This document shows, piece after piece, positions 1 through 16,000 of a stretch of 64,000 bases of DNA; position 1 is the first letter of the stretch, and the number at the start of each line of letters is the position of its first letter. Position numbers and translations under genes: made by a program. The notes beneath the pieces were generated by a model that saw only the letters and a program-made list of their open reading frames with translations, did not search any database and was not told the DNA's origin. Source of the DNA: Bugula neritina (Eukaryota > Animalia > Bryozoa); NCBI GenBank assembly GCA_964035545.1, contig OZ037771.1:631628-695627 (forward strand), given 5' to 3'.

Positions 1-1526
1 AGGCAGTATGTAGTGTGATGTAGCAGAGGCAGTATGTAGTGCGATGTAATAGAGGCAGTATGTAGTGTGATGTAATAGAGGCAGTATATAGTGTGATGTA
101 ACAGAGGCAGTATGTAGTGTGATGTAGCAGAGGCAGTATGTAGTGTGATGTAACAGAGGCAGTATGTAGTGTGATGTAACAGAGGCAGTATGTAGTGTGA
201 TGTAACAGAGGCAGTATGTAGTGTGATGTAACAGAGGCAGTATGTAGTGTGATGTAATAGAGGCAGTGTGTAGTGTGATGTAACAGAGGCAGTATGTAGT
301 GTGATGTAATAGAGGCAGTATGTAGTGTGATGTAGCAGAGGCAGTATGTAGTGTGATGTAACAGAGGCAGTATGTAGTGTGATGTAGCAGAGGCAGTATG
401 TAGTGTGATGCAATAGAAGCAGTATATAGTGTGATGTAACAGAGGCAGTATGTAGTGTGATGTAATAGAGGCAGTATATAGTGTGATGTAATAAAGGCAG
501 TATGTAGTGTGATGTAGCAGAGGCAGTATGTAGTGTGATGTAACAGAGGCAGTATGTAGTGTGATGTAGCAGAGACAGTATTTAGTGTGATGTAGCAGAG
601 GCAGTATGTAGTGTGATGTAACAGAGGCAGTGTGTAGTGTGATGTAACAGAGGCAGTATTTAGTGTGATGTAACAGAGGCAGTATGTAGTGTGATGTAGC
701 AGAGGCAGTATGTAGTGTGATGTAACAGAGGCAGTATGTAGTGTGATGTAATAGAAGCAGTATGTAGTGTGATGTAATAGAGGCAGTATTTAGTGTGATG
801 TAATAGAGGCAGTATGTAGTGTGATGTAACAGAGGCAGTGTGTAGTGTGATGTAATAGAGGCAGTGTGTAGTGTGATGTAGCAGAGGCAGTATGTAGTGT
901 GATGTAATAGAGGCAGTATGTAGTGTGATGTAACAGAGGCAGTGTGTAGTGTGATGTAATAAAGGCAGTATGTACTGTGATGTAGCAGAGGCAGTATGTA
1001 GTGTGATGTAACAGAGGCAGTATGTAGTGTGATGTAGCAGAGGCAGTATGTAGTGTGATGTAATAGAGGCAGTGTGTAGTGTGATGTAACAGAGGCAGTG
1101 TGTAGTGTGATGTAACAGAGGCAGTATTTAGTGTGATGTAACAGAGGCAGTGTGTAGTGTGATGTAGCAGAGGCAGTATTTAGTGTGATGTAGCAGAGGC
1201 AGTGTGTAGTGTGATGTAATAGAGGCAGTATGTAGTGTGATGTAATAGAGGCAGTATGTAGTGTGATGTAGCAGAGGCAGTATTTAGTGTGATGTAACAG
1301 AGGCAGTATGTAGTGTGATGTAGCAGAGGCAGTATGTAGTGTGATGTAGCAGAGGCAGTATGTAGTGTGATGTAGCAGAGGCAGTATGTAGTGTGATGTA
1401 GCAGAGGCAGTATGTACTGTGATGTAATAGAGGCAGTATTCAGTGTGATGTAATAGAGGCAGTATTTAGTGTGATGTAATAGAGGCAGTATGTAGTGTGA
1501 TGTAATAGAGGCAGTATGTAGTGTGA
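1..1526. repeat. 26-bp minisatellite (AGAGGCAGTATGTAGTGTGATGTAAC), about 58 copies, in a VPS33A intron
   Basis: Direct tandem array that ends about 15 nt from the exon donor at 1541. Confidence 0.97.
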
Positions 1527-1541
1527 CGTCAACAAACTCAC

Positions 1542-2510
1542 CTGCTAACTAGAGACGCTATTGTCTCCATGACACTCAGTTCAGGTCTGACTAGGAAGAT
1601 GATATGATTGTAGGTATTGTTTGCAGTGTTAGCAGGTAAATCTTGTATAGATAGAGAGAACATACGGACCACATCTCTAGCCTACAATAAGTAGTTATTT
1701 TAGTAGCCAGTAGCCAGCATGCTCACCTGCAGTATCGTATAACATGGTGCTTATTTACCTGCAGTATAGTATAACACGGTGTTTATTTACCTGCAGCATA
1801 GCATCACATGTTGTTTATAATTGTTTACCTGCAACTCTGAATGCTCACAAAGAAGAGCTACCGGATTAGTGAGACTGTCATCCCAGATCAAAGCCTAAGC
1901 AAAAGAAATGTAGTTTAATAAAACTAAACAAGCATTGATTACCAAACACAATTTAAGTTGAGTAATACAAAGTACATTGCTTGCTGCAAATTGCATAACA
2001 GATAACGACTTCTTTTGAAACTTTTCAAGTTTATTTTAAACAATTGTAGTAACACTAACAGTAAATGTAGTGCAATTTCAATTGAATAATCGTAATCACG
2101 GTAATGAGATATAAAACGAACAGCCTAGCATTAACACTAACAGTAACAGCTAACAGGCTAACAAATTGAAAGCAAAATGACAGACTGAAACAAATAATAA
2201 AATTATATTAATATTTAATTTCATATTAATGATGATACTGATCACCATCATGATGGTCAGAATGACTGATTGAATGAGACTCAGTATGAGTATGAGTGTG
2301 AGTACGAATATAATAATTATATTATATTATATAATTATATAATTATAAATTATCGTTAGAGAAATCGTTATGATTATATATACTAGGAGTATCGTCAAAC
2401 TAGTCTATACATACCTTGTTTCCTTCACGATTTTCAAGAAAAGAGAACAGCTTATATCTGTATGAGTCTTTTAAATCAGAAAGCCTAACACGGTTTGAAT
2501 CAGAATTCAT
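1542..2510 (-). CDS. VPS33A: Vacuolar protein sorting 33A (Sec1/Munc18 family), 5' exons only; the gene continues left of the window
   Basis: GT-AG exons 2510-2415, 1894-1829 and 1681-1542 splice to MNSDSNRVRLSDLKDSYRYKLFSFLENREGNK/ALIWDDSLTNPVALLCEHSELQ/ARDVVRMFSL...HIIFLVRPELSVMETIA. This matches the VPS33A N-terminus as recalled (GSKAIVWD...IIFFVRPRLELMDIIA). Confidence 0.85.
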
Positions 2511-2859
2511 ATTGAGTTTCCGCCTACAACACTAGAAGCTACCATAAGAAATGATCACATTATATATCACGTGGTGTAAATACAGACTTAGACTAAAAAA
2601 ACCGTTTTATGTATAGTTTAGTATGATTTGAATAGCCTAGAAAATAAAGGTTAACAATTATGAAACACAAGCTAAAACTTCATCGTGTAAAACAGAAAAA
2701 TAAATTAATATTTAAAGACGCTCAAAATTGCTAAACTAAAAGTTGAGAGCTTATATTTGTTGCACGGGACGAAATAGTACCGTCTCATAAAATTATTACG
2801 ACAATTGCTCAATAAAGCTACGTGTAGGCCAAGGTTAAACCGGACTTTTTCTTATTTTA

Positions 2860-3110
2860 AATCTCCTAATCCGACCATCATGATTATTATAATATTTTTT
2901 TAATAGAAATATAATTTTAAATATTGTTGTAGCCGTTGGTGTATGATCACCATGCAATTATGGTGATCATACAGTTGCACCAACAGCTACTACAATATTT
3001 AAACTTATATTTTTATTAAATAAGTGTAATAATAATCATTTAATTTTATAATCATAATGATAATGATAATGATAATGCTAATGAGTAATGGGATTAGCCT
3101 TAGGAGATTG
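2860..3110. repeat. Imperfect inverted repeat (MITE-like hairpin) between divergent genes
   Basis: Core GTATGATCACCAT-gcaatt-ATGGTGATCATAC. Outer arms AATATTGTTGTAGCCGTTGGTG / CACCAACAGCTACTACAATATT and ATCTCCTAA / TTAGGAGAT. Confidence 0.7.
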
Positions 3111-4086
3111 TAAATATTAAGATACTAAAAGTAAAAGTAGAACTAAAAGTAAATGTATACCTTCAGTTGTTTTTAAGTTTTTCTAGTTGTATGTTTAAAT
3201 GTTTCAAGATTTAATTCTAATTGTGTAGTGTAATTGAAAATAACTGTCAGACTAAGTGTAGAATGTAGTCACTGTGCAATAGTGATACTGTACTTGTAAG
3301 TTGACGTTGTACACTAATCTCAGTATTCTGATTCGACATCACAGACAGTGGCACATGTCATAGACTCATGCTGATGAGTGTCGGTGATGCTCATACTGAG
3401 TCTAATACTCATTTGGTCATTAGCTCATTGTGAATGTCACAATCGCAATTGCAATTTACAATCAGAATGATGATCACACGATTGGAATAAGAGTTACAAA
3501 GTGACAATGAGTGTGAATTAACACGACATCGTTATCTACTCAATTTGTAGTTAAACAAATTTCACACTGTAAACCAAACTAAGCACTCGTAATCTTGTAA
3601 CCATAAATATTCCTGAGTGTGCGATATCTTCAAATTTTAAAGATATTCAAAATCAATGGCTGTCACTTATCAGTATTACTATGACTATCATCTTAAAGTA
3701 GTAGTATGAGTATGATATCAGTATCAACTATGGTAATCAGTGACTTTCACTATCAGTGATGAGTATGTGTAGTCTACATCTACAGTGAGTAGAGGTATCA
3801 GTATTAGTATGAATATCAATATTGCTATTAGTAATGAGTATTAGTACGGGTATTATATAAGTATTACTAGTAATATCCGTATAACAATTACTATAAGCCA
3901 CACTGTATGTGTATCAGTATGACTATCATAAATTTTTAAGTGATTCCATTTCAGATTGATAGATAATAATTGATGTTATCCATCAATTGATTTGATTTGA
4001 TGTTGATGATGAGTTTCCTTAAAGAATAAAATTTAGAAGTTTGAAACTATCTAGTTTTATTTTCAGTGAATTCTCTAGCTGTTGTT

Positions 4087-7000
4087 ATGGAGCTGGTGAA
4101 AGCAGACCTTAAGAATAAAATCAGCCGATTCACAGAAAGACGGAAAGCTTTTAAAGGTGAATATAAACTCTTGACCTGTTAATTAAATCTTCCTTAGATG
4201 CTGTACCTTTTAGTTTACTTTGACATCTACTTTGCAAATTGTAGCTAAATCCCACCCATATACTTCCAAACGCAACAGAGTGACATCATCTACGAAGACA
4301 TGTGGAGTGCTCCCTTCAAGTCTAAATGGCAACGATGGGGAACTTAGTCTATTTCCTAGACCTGATGCTCAGCTAGATGGCATTAAGCTCCAGTGTAACC
4401 GGCCGTTCACAGGGATTGATATATCAAACAGTATCACCACGCCACAGACTTCTACTGCTGGTTAGTGCATATTTAACTAGCATAGTATTATATAACATAT
4501 TTAATCCACATAGTATTGTGATATAGTCAACTGGTAATATACTCAGCTGGTATAAGTTGTATAGCTTATTCAATTATTATATATATTAGGAAAATCGGAT
4601 TTACCTTCGTTGGAGTCAGATTCACAAGTTGGTAGCATTAGTAGTGTATCACCACTGCCTTGTTCTTCCAAATCATCGGATGTGAAAGATTCAACTACTC
4701 CGGATGTGTCAGCCAATCAACATGAAGGTACTATTCCTTTTTTGTATTTGACTAAACAATCTAAGTATCAGTATAGCACAATCCTCAACTCAGCTTACTA
4801 AACTTAACTAAACTAAACTGTATGTCTAATCCTGTTAGAGAGCTTGTTGACGGGAACCTTAAAGAGAGTAATCTCACTCAGGTCTTCTACTAGAAAGTTG
4901 AAAAAAGATAAGGGAGGTCAGGATCCCACCCCGTCTCTGCATTTGAAAAGGTCAGTTTGAAGCTATCGTTGACTTTCCTAATAGACCTCTCTGCTTTTTG
5001 CAACTTTGAAATTGCTTGCTATGAATTCAATATTTTATCATATATAAGTATTTGTGTGTGTTGTGGGGACTAACTAGTGGAGCAAGTAGTTGCCAGTGAA
5101 CTAGCTACCATATGCTGCAATGTACCCTGAGGAACCTTACGTTGTGTGTTGAAGGGCAAGCTCACTTCGGGATTCCCGAGACTACACTCCCTTCAAGAGA
5201 CGAGCTGCCCTATCCTCTAAGAAATCCGATACAGATTTGTTGAATAAACATACTGAGAGCTGTAGAGAGGTTAGTTGTATATCTCTACATCTGCTGTTAC
5301 ACTCAATATTGTATAAACTTGTTTCTATATGCTGCTGTTTTAAAGGGAGATAACTCCTACACCCAAATAATTATACTCAATAGCTACATTGGCGTCTCTT
5401 GCAAGATGAATTAAACAATTTTATTCAGTAGCCCAGAGTGAAGGTAAATATTTCAAGTATTTAGGTAAAATAAAATGATGTAATACTCAGCTTATACAGG
5501 TCTCTGAAGTTACGGGACACAACACTGTGATTGCATGTTTTGAAGTTGTCTTAAAACTCTTGTGTAAACTTTTTAAGGGTTATCCCGTCTTGGTTAAATT
5601 ATCAGTTGCCTTTCCTTTGCTGTCTATACAGCTTTTCTCTCAAAATATTGAAGTAGTGTAGGTCACACCTGCTCTGTTATGTCACATCTCACCTACTCTG
5701 TTATGTCACGCCTCACCTGCTCTGTTATGTCACACCTCACCTGCTCTGTTATGTCACACCTCACCTTGCTGCAGCTCTCCATGTTGTGTATAATACTAGC
5801 ATCTAAAGAGTTTCACTATTAGACATCATAACTAGTAATATTGTAGAGGTTGCAGTATAATTATGTATTATAATATATATTGTATGCTACAATATTTATT
5901 AGGTATTTGCTACATATGTATATGTTGCCATTCAGTAAAAGATATATTTTATTTTATTTCGTAAGACTAAAGTAGTATATATGACAACATATTATATTAC
6001 AGCATATATGACACACATACACACATATATATGATGATATAGCCATAGTATGCATGTGTCATCAGCATGCAATAATAGGCTATAAAGAGGATGCTGGTTG
6101 TATACACTTGGCAGAATAAACACGTGCACTGTTTACAATACTTAGGTGTTACTATAGACAAGTTTATTATCTCTTTGAGCTCCTCGCATACCTGTTCACA
6201 CCTGACTAGTACTTGTACCTTGAGATCTACACTGTGACACCTTGCCTTACTGGTACTTGTACATTGAGATCTACACTGTGACACCTTGCCTTACTATTGT
6301 TTTTACTTTGAGGTCTACACTTTAATACCTTGCCTTACCTGTACTTGTACCTTGATATCTGCACTTTAATACCTCTTAAATAGTACTGATCATTAATTAA
6401 CAGCACTGGATTTAGATACCCACACACCATACCTAGTAGTGGTAAGTCTAGCACTATTACTATACCTTCAGATAACTGTAGTTGATCTAAACCTCACTGA
6501 TTATTCATGCAGAAGCCAGCTGGGATAAAAATAACCATTGCTTTCCATGTGTTCAAAGCGGTTATAGTGGAAAGTGAAATCAATAACACAGCCTTCATAT
6601 CAAAATATGTCATTTGTTAACTTTTGAAGGTAGGAATTTAACATTCACTGTTAGCATAGAGTGTGTTAGTCTACAGAATATTAGCATAGTGTGTGTTAGT
6701 ATATATACATAGGGTACTAGGGTGTAGTCTACTGGGTCATATGATAGATCTGTATCTGTGTGTCTCGGGTAACATGGCCACTATACGTTAGTATACGCTA
6801 TACGTTAGTGTATATTGTACGCTATACGTTAGTGTATATTATACACTGGGTGTGCATACTACCCCCTGACTGCAGGGCTACAGGAAACATGTGCCTTATA
6901 TGCTGGAATCAGTGCTTTGTAAGTATATATAGGTTACAGTAAGTGTATGTAGGTTACACTAGGTATGTATAGGTTACAGTAAGTGTATGACAGTTACTGT

Positions 7001-10000
7001 AAGTAGCTATATATAGGCTACAGTTTCTACTGCATAAAACGTGATCTCTAAGTATGTCTAAAATACATTCTTATCATGGATTATGGTAAAGCCTTTGCAA
7101 AAACCTGTGCCAGGATGTGTGGCTTATTTTATATGATTTCTGTGGTTTCCAGAGAGTACAGTTTCCATAACCTACCAGTAGTATAGTGTTATTTCAAAAG
7201 AATAATATAAGTAATACATAATAATATATAATGATAATACTAATGTTATAGTATCAGTATATTTATTGTTGCAATTATTATATAACTATGCTAATAAACC
7301 TGAAGGACTGAAGCTGTTTGGTGATAGGTCTACTGGCCCTGTCCACCGGCCTGGCTCATTGGCCCTGTCCACTGGCCTGGCTCATTGGCCTGGCCTATTA
7401 GCCTGGCTCATTGGCCTGGCTCACTGACTTGGTCCACTGGCCTGGCTCATTGGCCTGGCTCATTGGCCTGGCTCACTGACTTGGTCCACTGGCCTGGTTA
7501 CAGTAACTTACTGAGTATGGAGTACAAGACTAAGTAGGAAGTTAATACAGTTTGGTCACACTTGAAGCTCCCCATTGACGGAGGCTGTAGTTGATTGCCA
7601 TTCACATGTTTCAGTGAAGATTTACTGACATAATATTACTTTTTACTTACTTCTTCAATACAAGAATAACTACAAGATGTATTGTTACTATTCTCCTGCC
7701 TATAATTCTTTTCAATAGTAGAATAACTCAGAGTTAATTCTTTGTATAATGGAATATGTTATACATGTGTGTGCATTGTATATTTCTAACCACTCCTATT
7801 TACCTAGTTCATTCACATTTACTCTATCACACTTACTAACTCCTCAATCTATTCACATTCAACACATTTTCAACAGATTTTCAACACATCTTCAACAACT
7901 AGCTCCTTTACACACAAGTGAATGCTCTATGCTAGATATACAAGTACTATGTCTCTAGACGGAGTTTTCTTCTCTGTGCTGAAATATGAAGTCCTTGTTG
8001 GGAAATGTTTCAACTTCCCTAACTGTAACTCAAACTGATTGCAGCTCCACTGATTTCATCTGCATTACTGCTGATAACGCTACCATTACTGCTGATAAGC
8101 TACCATTGCATCATATTGTTTATTATTTGGACTGGCTGACTTATCACTTATTTATTTCTACTGCTGCCACTTCCTGGTATCATACACACCCCCCTCTCCC
8201 CATCTTATGAAATTTATTTCTCCAAATTCCTACCATTTTATATCTCAAGTTTTAATGATTTCTTTATTGATTTCATCTTTTCACTGTTTTATAGTTTTTA
8301 CTATGGGGCTGGCTATCTTTTGTTTGACTAAAAGAAACAGTAGCCTAGTTTTATGACAATCATGCTGACCTATGGTAAGCAGATCTCCTGTTTAATTACT
8401 TGCTAGTGAGTCATCACTCTGGAATGTTACATTTACAGTTCACTTCCTCCTGTCAGCTGATTAAAAAACTCCTTCAATTTCCTGAAATTCCTGTTAGTGA
8501 TGCAATCTGTTAATTCATAAGTTAACTGTCACTAACACTCTAGTGTAACTCTCACTCACACTCTAGTGTAGCTCACTCACACTCTAGTGTAACTCTCACT
8601 CACACTCTAGTGTAGCTCACTCACACTCTAGTGTAACTCTCACTCACACTCTAGTGTAGCTCACTCACACTCTAGTGTAACTCTCACCCACACTCTAGCG
8701 TAATTCACTCTCACACTCTAGTGTAACTCTCACTCACACTCTGGTGTAACTCTCACTCACACTCTAGCGTAACTCTCACCCACACTCTAGCGTAATTCAC
8801 TCTCACACTCTAGTGTAACTCTCACTCACACTCTGGTGTAACTCTCACCCACACTTTAGCGTAACTCTCACTCACACTCTAGCGTAATTCACTCTCACAC
8901 TCTAGTGTAACTCTCACTCACACTCTAGCGTAATTCACTCTCACACTCTAGTGTAACTCTCACTCACACTCTGGTGTAACTCTCACTCACACTCTAGTGT
9001 AACTCTCACTCACACTCTAGCGTAACTCTCACTCACACTCTAGTGTAACTCACTCACACTCTGGTGTAACTCTCACTCACACTCTAGCGTAGCTACCACT
9101 CACCCTGCTATAGTTCTCATGAATATTTGTAATGTAGGAAGTTGTCTGCCTCTGAAATCTATTGGCCAAATTACCAAACAAAATATTAGAAGTTGAAACG
9201 GATTTAAAGTTACATGAAATGAGTTTTATAAAAGTCTAGGTAGTGGGCACTGGTTGGTGTAGCTTGCTGGTAGGCTTATTGATGATGTCAGGAAGGCTTA
9301 TTGATGTCATGAAGGCTTATTGATGATGTCATGAAGGCTTATTGGTGATGCCAGGAAGGCCTCTTGATGATGTCATGAAGGCTTATTGATCGTGTTGGTT
9401 AGAGCAAGACTTATGATACATAGAAATAGCTTGACTATTGTAACACTCTCCCAAACAGCTTTATCAATGGCAACTTACTTGCTTGACTTGGTTTACTCAA
9501 TTTATCTCGCAATACTTTGACTGAGGAAGCTGCTTTGCCTTTCATTCCCCCACTTACTCTTGCTTACCAGCATACTATGCTTGCACATACCATACCGTAG
9601 TTGTGAAATCTATAAGACTGGTATATACATTGTCTGGTTAGAGGAAATAAATAGATGCTGGGTATATCTCTATATTCTGTTTACACATCCATTACCCTCA
9701 CCTGCTGGCCAGTTCTTTCAGTTGTTTATTAGTCAGAAGTAAACAGCAAATAAACAGGTAAGTCATCTGCTAGCTGATTCCAGGTGTAACATCTAGCATC
9801 TCAACTATTCATGTATCCTTTGAAGTCATCTTCCCTCTATGTCTACTCTATAGTGTATAGTAAGGGAACACAACTCCACAAAGTATTGAGATACTGCTGA
9901 CCGTTTACACTCAACATGCATAGTTGAACTGTGAAATATTTCCTTCAATCTTGGAGCTGTTTATCTAGTAGCTGACTTCTACACTACGTCATAACTCACA

Positions 10001-13000
10001 TGTTTGAAACATGAACCTTTTCAACTGTGGGATTGACAGTTAGGCTGTTGGGTACATCACTGTAGCACGCTATCTGTGTACCAGTAACGTGATGTACTTG
10101 TAACCTACGCTATGCTGTATATATTGTATAATAAACCACAGCACCTGGATACCACTTAGATATAGATACCACCTATACATCTAGCAACTGTTGCTCTACA
10201 TCAAACTATTACTCAATACCCACTTCATGCTCAGTGCAGTTGTTCCTAGACCAGCACATAGTCAGTAGCTCTCTAAGTTCATCTCATCTCGCACGGATTT
10301 ATAGATGGTTCAGTGTAGCTCAGACTTTCACTATCTAGAAATATGAATAAACCAGTGTGTTGTTTCAATTGCAGCATGGTAGGTGAAGAGTTCACGTAAT
10401 CTTTGCTCTTCTTTCTCTCTTTGTTTCATGTTCATATGATTTCCTTATTTGTTTCACTGTTAGAAAATGTCTGCTAAAAGCATTTTATAAACTTTTAGTT
10501 CTTTTATATATTAAGTGCGAATTAAAAGGTTTGGTAACACCCATTTAATAAAACATTACAAAATGGTTTTTCATTGCAACAATTTGATTTTTCTAGCTCA
10601 TTAGAAACATATACATTTCTTCTGGTAATCATTTTTGTTGAACTGTTGTAACATTTCATAGTATAGATGTAGTGTAGTATTACAACGTGTCCTGCCGAAT
10701 TGTATTACATTGTATTACGTGGTATTGTATTGTGCTATATGACATATTATATTATTTGCAGAATGCTACGTCGAATGGATTGTTCCAGAAATTTAGACGA
10801 AGAGGTAAGCATTTTTGTATAATATGCAGATATATTTATATAGTAATATGCAGATATGTTTATATAATAATATGCAGATATGTTTATATAATAATATGCA
10901 GATATGTTTATATAATAATATGCAGATATATTTATATAATAATATGCAGATATGTTTATATAATAATATGCAGATATGTTTATATAGTAATATGCAGATA
11001 TGTTTATATAATAATAATATGCAGATATGTTTATATAATAATATGCAGATATGTTTATATAGTAATATGCAGATATGTTTATATAATAATAATATGCAGA
11101 TATGTTTATATAATAATATGCAGATATGTTTATACACGTACTAGACCATGTGGAGGAATGTTGGACCACAGCACCGTGTTCTTATCTAGATCTCAGGCTA
11201 TATATGGCTACAGTGAGGGGGGTCTGATTCCCGGCCTCTCTCACTGCCGTTTTTAGCTGCTATGTATATGTTTTGGTTATCATTTCTTTTATCTTGGGTG
11301 TGTGTAAATATCGTTATCTGAATCATTCTACTACTTCACCCTGCTTGAGCACTTACTCTCACTCATCTACTTACACTGTACTTACTCTGTCTACTCTGTA
11401 CTTACCCTGTCTACTCTGTACTTACTCTATACTTACACTGTACTTACCCTGTCTATTCTGTACTTACACTGTCTACTCTATACTTACACTCACGCTCTGT
11501 TTATCTCCTTCAGCTGGAAAGTCGAAACTCTTCTCCTCTTTCAAGGGACGGAACGATCAGCCAGTGAGTTCTCTGCAGATCGTCAGTGAGACAGCTTCAC
11601 CGACCAATCAACACTCAGGTAAGAACAGTACAGCTTCACCGACCAATCAACACTTAGGTAAGAACAGTACAGCTTCACCAACCAATCAACACTCAGGTAA
11701 GAACAGCACAGCTTCACCGACCAATCAACACTCAGGTAAGAACAGTACAGCTTCACCAACCAATCAACATTCAGGTAAGAACAGTACAGCTTCACCGGCC
11801 AATCAACACTTAGGTAAGAACAGTACAGCTTCACCAACCAATCAACACTCAGGTAAGAACAGTACAGCTTCACCAACCAATCAACACTCAGGTAAGAACA
11901 GCACAGCTTCACTAACCAATCAACACTCAGGTTAGGGCTACAGCTTTGTAAGTTTTAACGATACGTTCTACCATTTAAATTCAAGTACGGAGAATAAACT
12001 TGATGTAAATTCTATACACTGCTGGCAGCAATGAGAGTTTCTAAATATAGCTCAGAGGCAGCAGCTGCAACAGCTCCTAGAATCATACAGGTAGATGCTT
12101 TAGCTATGAATAGCAGTTATACTGACCAGTTGCTATGTGTAGATGACTCCTAACAACCAATAGCTCTCTATTTAATATAGATACATTGATAAGTATCATA
12201 TCTATATAATAGGTTTCCGTTGACAAAAAGAAATGTTATTTTAGTACACACTGCATTCAATCTCAAGTATTGTACTATTTGTTTATCTTTTTGCATAATC
12301 TTAAATAAATGTGGAGTAATTACTTTGGCAATTGTTTGCATTTGAAAGGTAGTGATACTGATTAGATTGCAGCTGGAATACCTGAATTACTACTAGTAGG
12401 TTAGCAGATATAGTGTATAGTGTAAGTATAGAGTATAATATAGTGTAAGTATAGAGTGTAAGTATAGAGTATATAGTGTAAGTATACAGTGTAAGTATAG
12501 AATATAATATAGTGTATAGTGTAAGTATAGAGTATACAGTGTAAGTATATAGTATATAGTGTAAGTATACAGTGTATAGTGTAAGTATATAGTATATAGT
12601 GTAAGTATACAGTGTATAGTGTAAGTATATAGTATATACTGTAAGTATAGAATATAATATAGTGTATAGTGTAAGTATAGAATATAATATAGTGTATAGT
12701 GTAAGTATAGAATATAATATAGTGTATAGTGTAAGTATAGAGTATATAGTGTAAGTATACAGTGTAAGTATAGAATATAATATAGTGTAAGTATAGAGTA
12801 TATAGTGTAAGTATAGAATATAATATAGTGTATAGTGTAAGTATAGAATATAATATAGTGTATAGTGTAAGTATAGAATATAATATAGTGTATAGTGTAA
12901 GTATAGAATATAATATAGTGTATAGTGTAAGTATAGAGTATAATATAGTGTAAGTATATAGTATATAGTGTAAGTATAGAGTGCATAGTGTAAGTATAGA

Positions 13001-16000
13001 GTGTATAGTGTAAGTATAGAGTGTGTAGTGTAAGTATAGAGTATAATATAGTGTACAGTGTAAGTATATAGTGTAAGTATAGAGTGTATAGTGTAAGTAT
13101 AGAGTATATAGTGTAAGTATAGAATATATAGTGTAAGTATAGAATATACAGTGTAAGTATAGAGTGTACAGTGTAAGTATGGGTATATAGTGTAAGTATA
13201 GAGTATATAGTGTAAGTATATAGTGTAAGTATAGAGTATATAGTGTAAGTATATAGTATATAGTGTAAGTATAGAGTATATAGTGTAAGTATACAGCGTA
13301 AGTATAGAATATACAGTGTAAGTATAGAGTATAGAGTGTAAGTATAGAGTGTATAGTGTAAGTATAGAGTATATAGTGTAAGTATAGAGTATACAGTGTA
13401 ACTGTAGAGTGTGTATTGTAAGTACTACTAGCTAGTGTTATAGATTATCTATAAATAAGTCCACATAAATTAAATTACAAGCTCCCAGCTCCAATAAAAT
13501 CTGCACATTATTTCATATCAATATGTCATGATATGCCGTGATATGTTGTGATATAATATGTTATGCAATGCTAACTAACTGTATATTATTGGAATTTACT
13601 TGGACCAAGTAACACAGCTAGCTTCACCACCATACTGCTGACTCTACAGTTATTACTGCTGACTCTACAGTTATTACCGCTGACTCTACAGTTATTACTT
13701 CTGACTCTACAGTTGTTACTGCTGACTCTACAGTTATTACTGCTGACTCTACAGCTATTACTGCTGATTCTACAGTTATTACCGCTGACTCTACAGTTAT
13801 TACTTCTGACTCTACAGTTATTACTGCTGACTCTACAGTTATTACTGCTGACTCTACAGCTATTACTGCTGATTCTACAGCTATACATATCAGTTATGCA
13901 CTTGCAGATGCTACGCCGGACGTGGAGGTGATGGCAGTAGTCAACACTAACCACGACTCTACACACACCAACTCTCTACAAGCTAAGGGCTTCCTAGATG
14001 CTATGAATATACAGACTCCCAAACCGTCCAATCACCATTCAGACGTCTGCAATACTGGATTTATAGTTCCTCCTACTCCGTTCAGAGTGTTGGTCACGCC
14101 CTCTGAGACTGAAGACGACACAGAAGATGTACCGGGAAATACTCGCACCATATCGAAGGACTTGAGAAGGGAGATTGAGAAATCTCTCTTACATTGGCCG
14201 ACGTCCACCACAGACAGGGGAGAGTACTCCATGAAATCCCTCACCAGGTCTAACAGGAGTAGTAGAGTAATTCAGGATAGTCGTAGTCCTACTTCTCAGT
14301 CTCTCACTCTACCTAATCGGTGAGGTTAATATAGTAATATAGTAATACAGTAGTATAGTAATACTGTAATATAGTAATATAGTAATACTGTAATATAGTA
14401 ATACAGTAATATAGTAATACAGTAGTATAGTAATACTGTAATGTAATACTGTAATCTAGTAATACAGTAATATAGTAATACAGTAGTATAGTAATACTGT
14501 AATACTGTAATGTAATACTGTAATCTAGTAATACAGTAATATAGTAATACTGTAATGTAGTGATATAGTATTATAGTAATACTGTAATACATAGAGTGTA
14601 TAAACTATAATATATAGTGATACAAGAAGTTGGTAGTTTACACTCAGTACATATGCTGCTGCATGCATATGTATCAGAAGTACTGTATGAACTTATTCTC
14701 TCTATGCTTCAGTACGAGTCGTCCACTCAGCTGGTCATGTGACACGTTGGACTCACGTGAAGATACTCAGGCTAAAGTCAGCTATTCCAACTACTCAGTC
14801 AGTGACTACCAGACGACTCTCGCAACAACCAGCGTCAGCGTGTCCAACTACAGTCCTACGCCGGCTAGCAGCTGTAGCACGCTGACTTCCGACAGCGTAT
14901 TGATGGACATAAATGCCAGCTACGACACTCTAGCCGTGAGTACACAACTTGGATACTTCCATTGCTTTCTTTGTCTCATGAGGTGTAAGTTTAGTCCACC
15001 ATCTGTAATGGACCAGTATAGAAGTGCTATCAGAGTGAATTACTCTTTTCAAATGGTAAAGGTGGTCATAGGGAGTGGGTTACTCCAAATAGGAAAAGTA
15101 ATTTCAGCAGGTAAATAAATCCAGATTTAAATGGTAATAGCTATGTAATATATACATATAGATTAGTATAGTAATAGCTATGTAATATATACATATAGAC
15201 CAGTATAGTAATAGCTATGTAATATATACATATAGACTATTATAGTAATAGCTATGTAATATATACATATAGACCAGTATAGTAATAGCTATGTAATATA
15301 TACATATAGACCAGTATAGTAATAGCTATGTAATATGTACATATAGATTAGTATAGTAATAGCTGTGTAATATATACATATAGATTAGTATAGTAATAGC
15401 TATGTAATATATACATATAGATTAGTATAGTAATAGCTATGTAATATATACATATAGATTAGTATAGTAATAGCTATGTAATATATAGATATAGACTAGT
15501 ATAGTAATAGCTATGTAATATATACATATAGACTAGTATAGTAATAGCTGTGTAATATATACATATAGACTAGTATAGTAATAGCTATGTAATATATAGA
15601 TATAGACTAGTATAGTAATAGCTGTGTAATATATACATATAGACTATTATAGTAATAGCTATGTAATATATACATATAGACCAGTATAGTAATAGCTATG
15701 TAATATATACATATAGACCAGTATAGTAATAGCTATGTAATATGTACATATAGATTAGTATAGTAATAGCTGTGTAATATATACATATAGATTAGTATAG
15801 TAATAGCTATGTAATATATACATATAGATTAGTATAGTAATAGCTATGTAATATATACATATAGATTAGTATAGTAATAGCTATGTAATATATAGATATA
15901 GACTAGTATAGTAATAGCTATGTAATATATACATATAGACTAGTATAGTAATAGCTGTGTAATATATACATATAGACTAGTATAGTAATAGCTATGTAAT

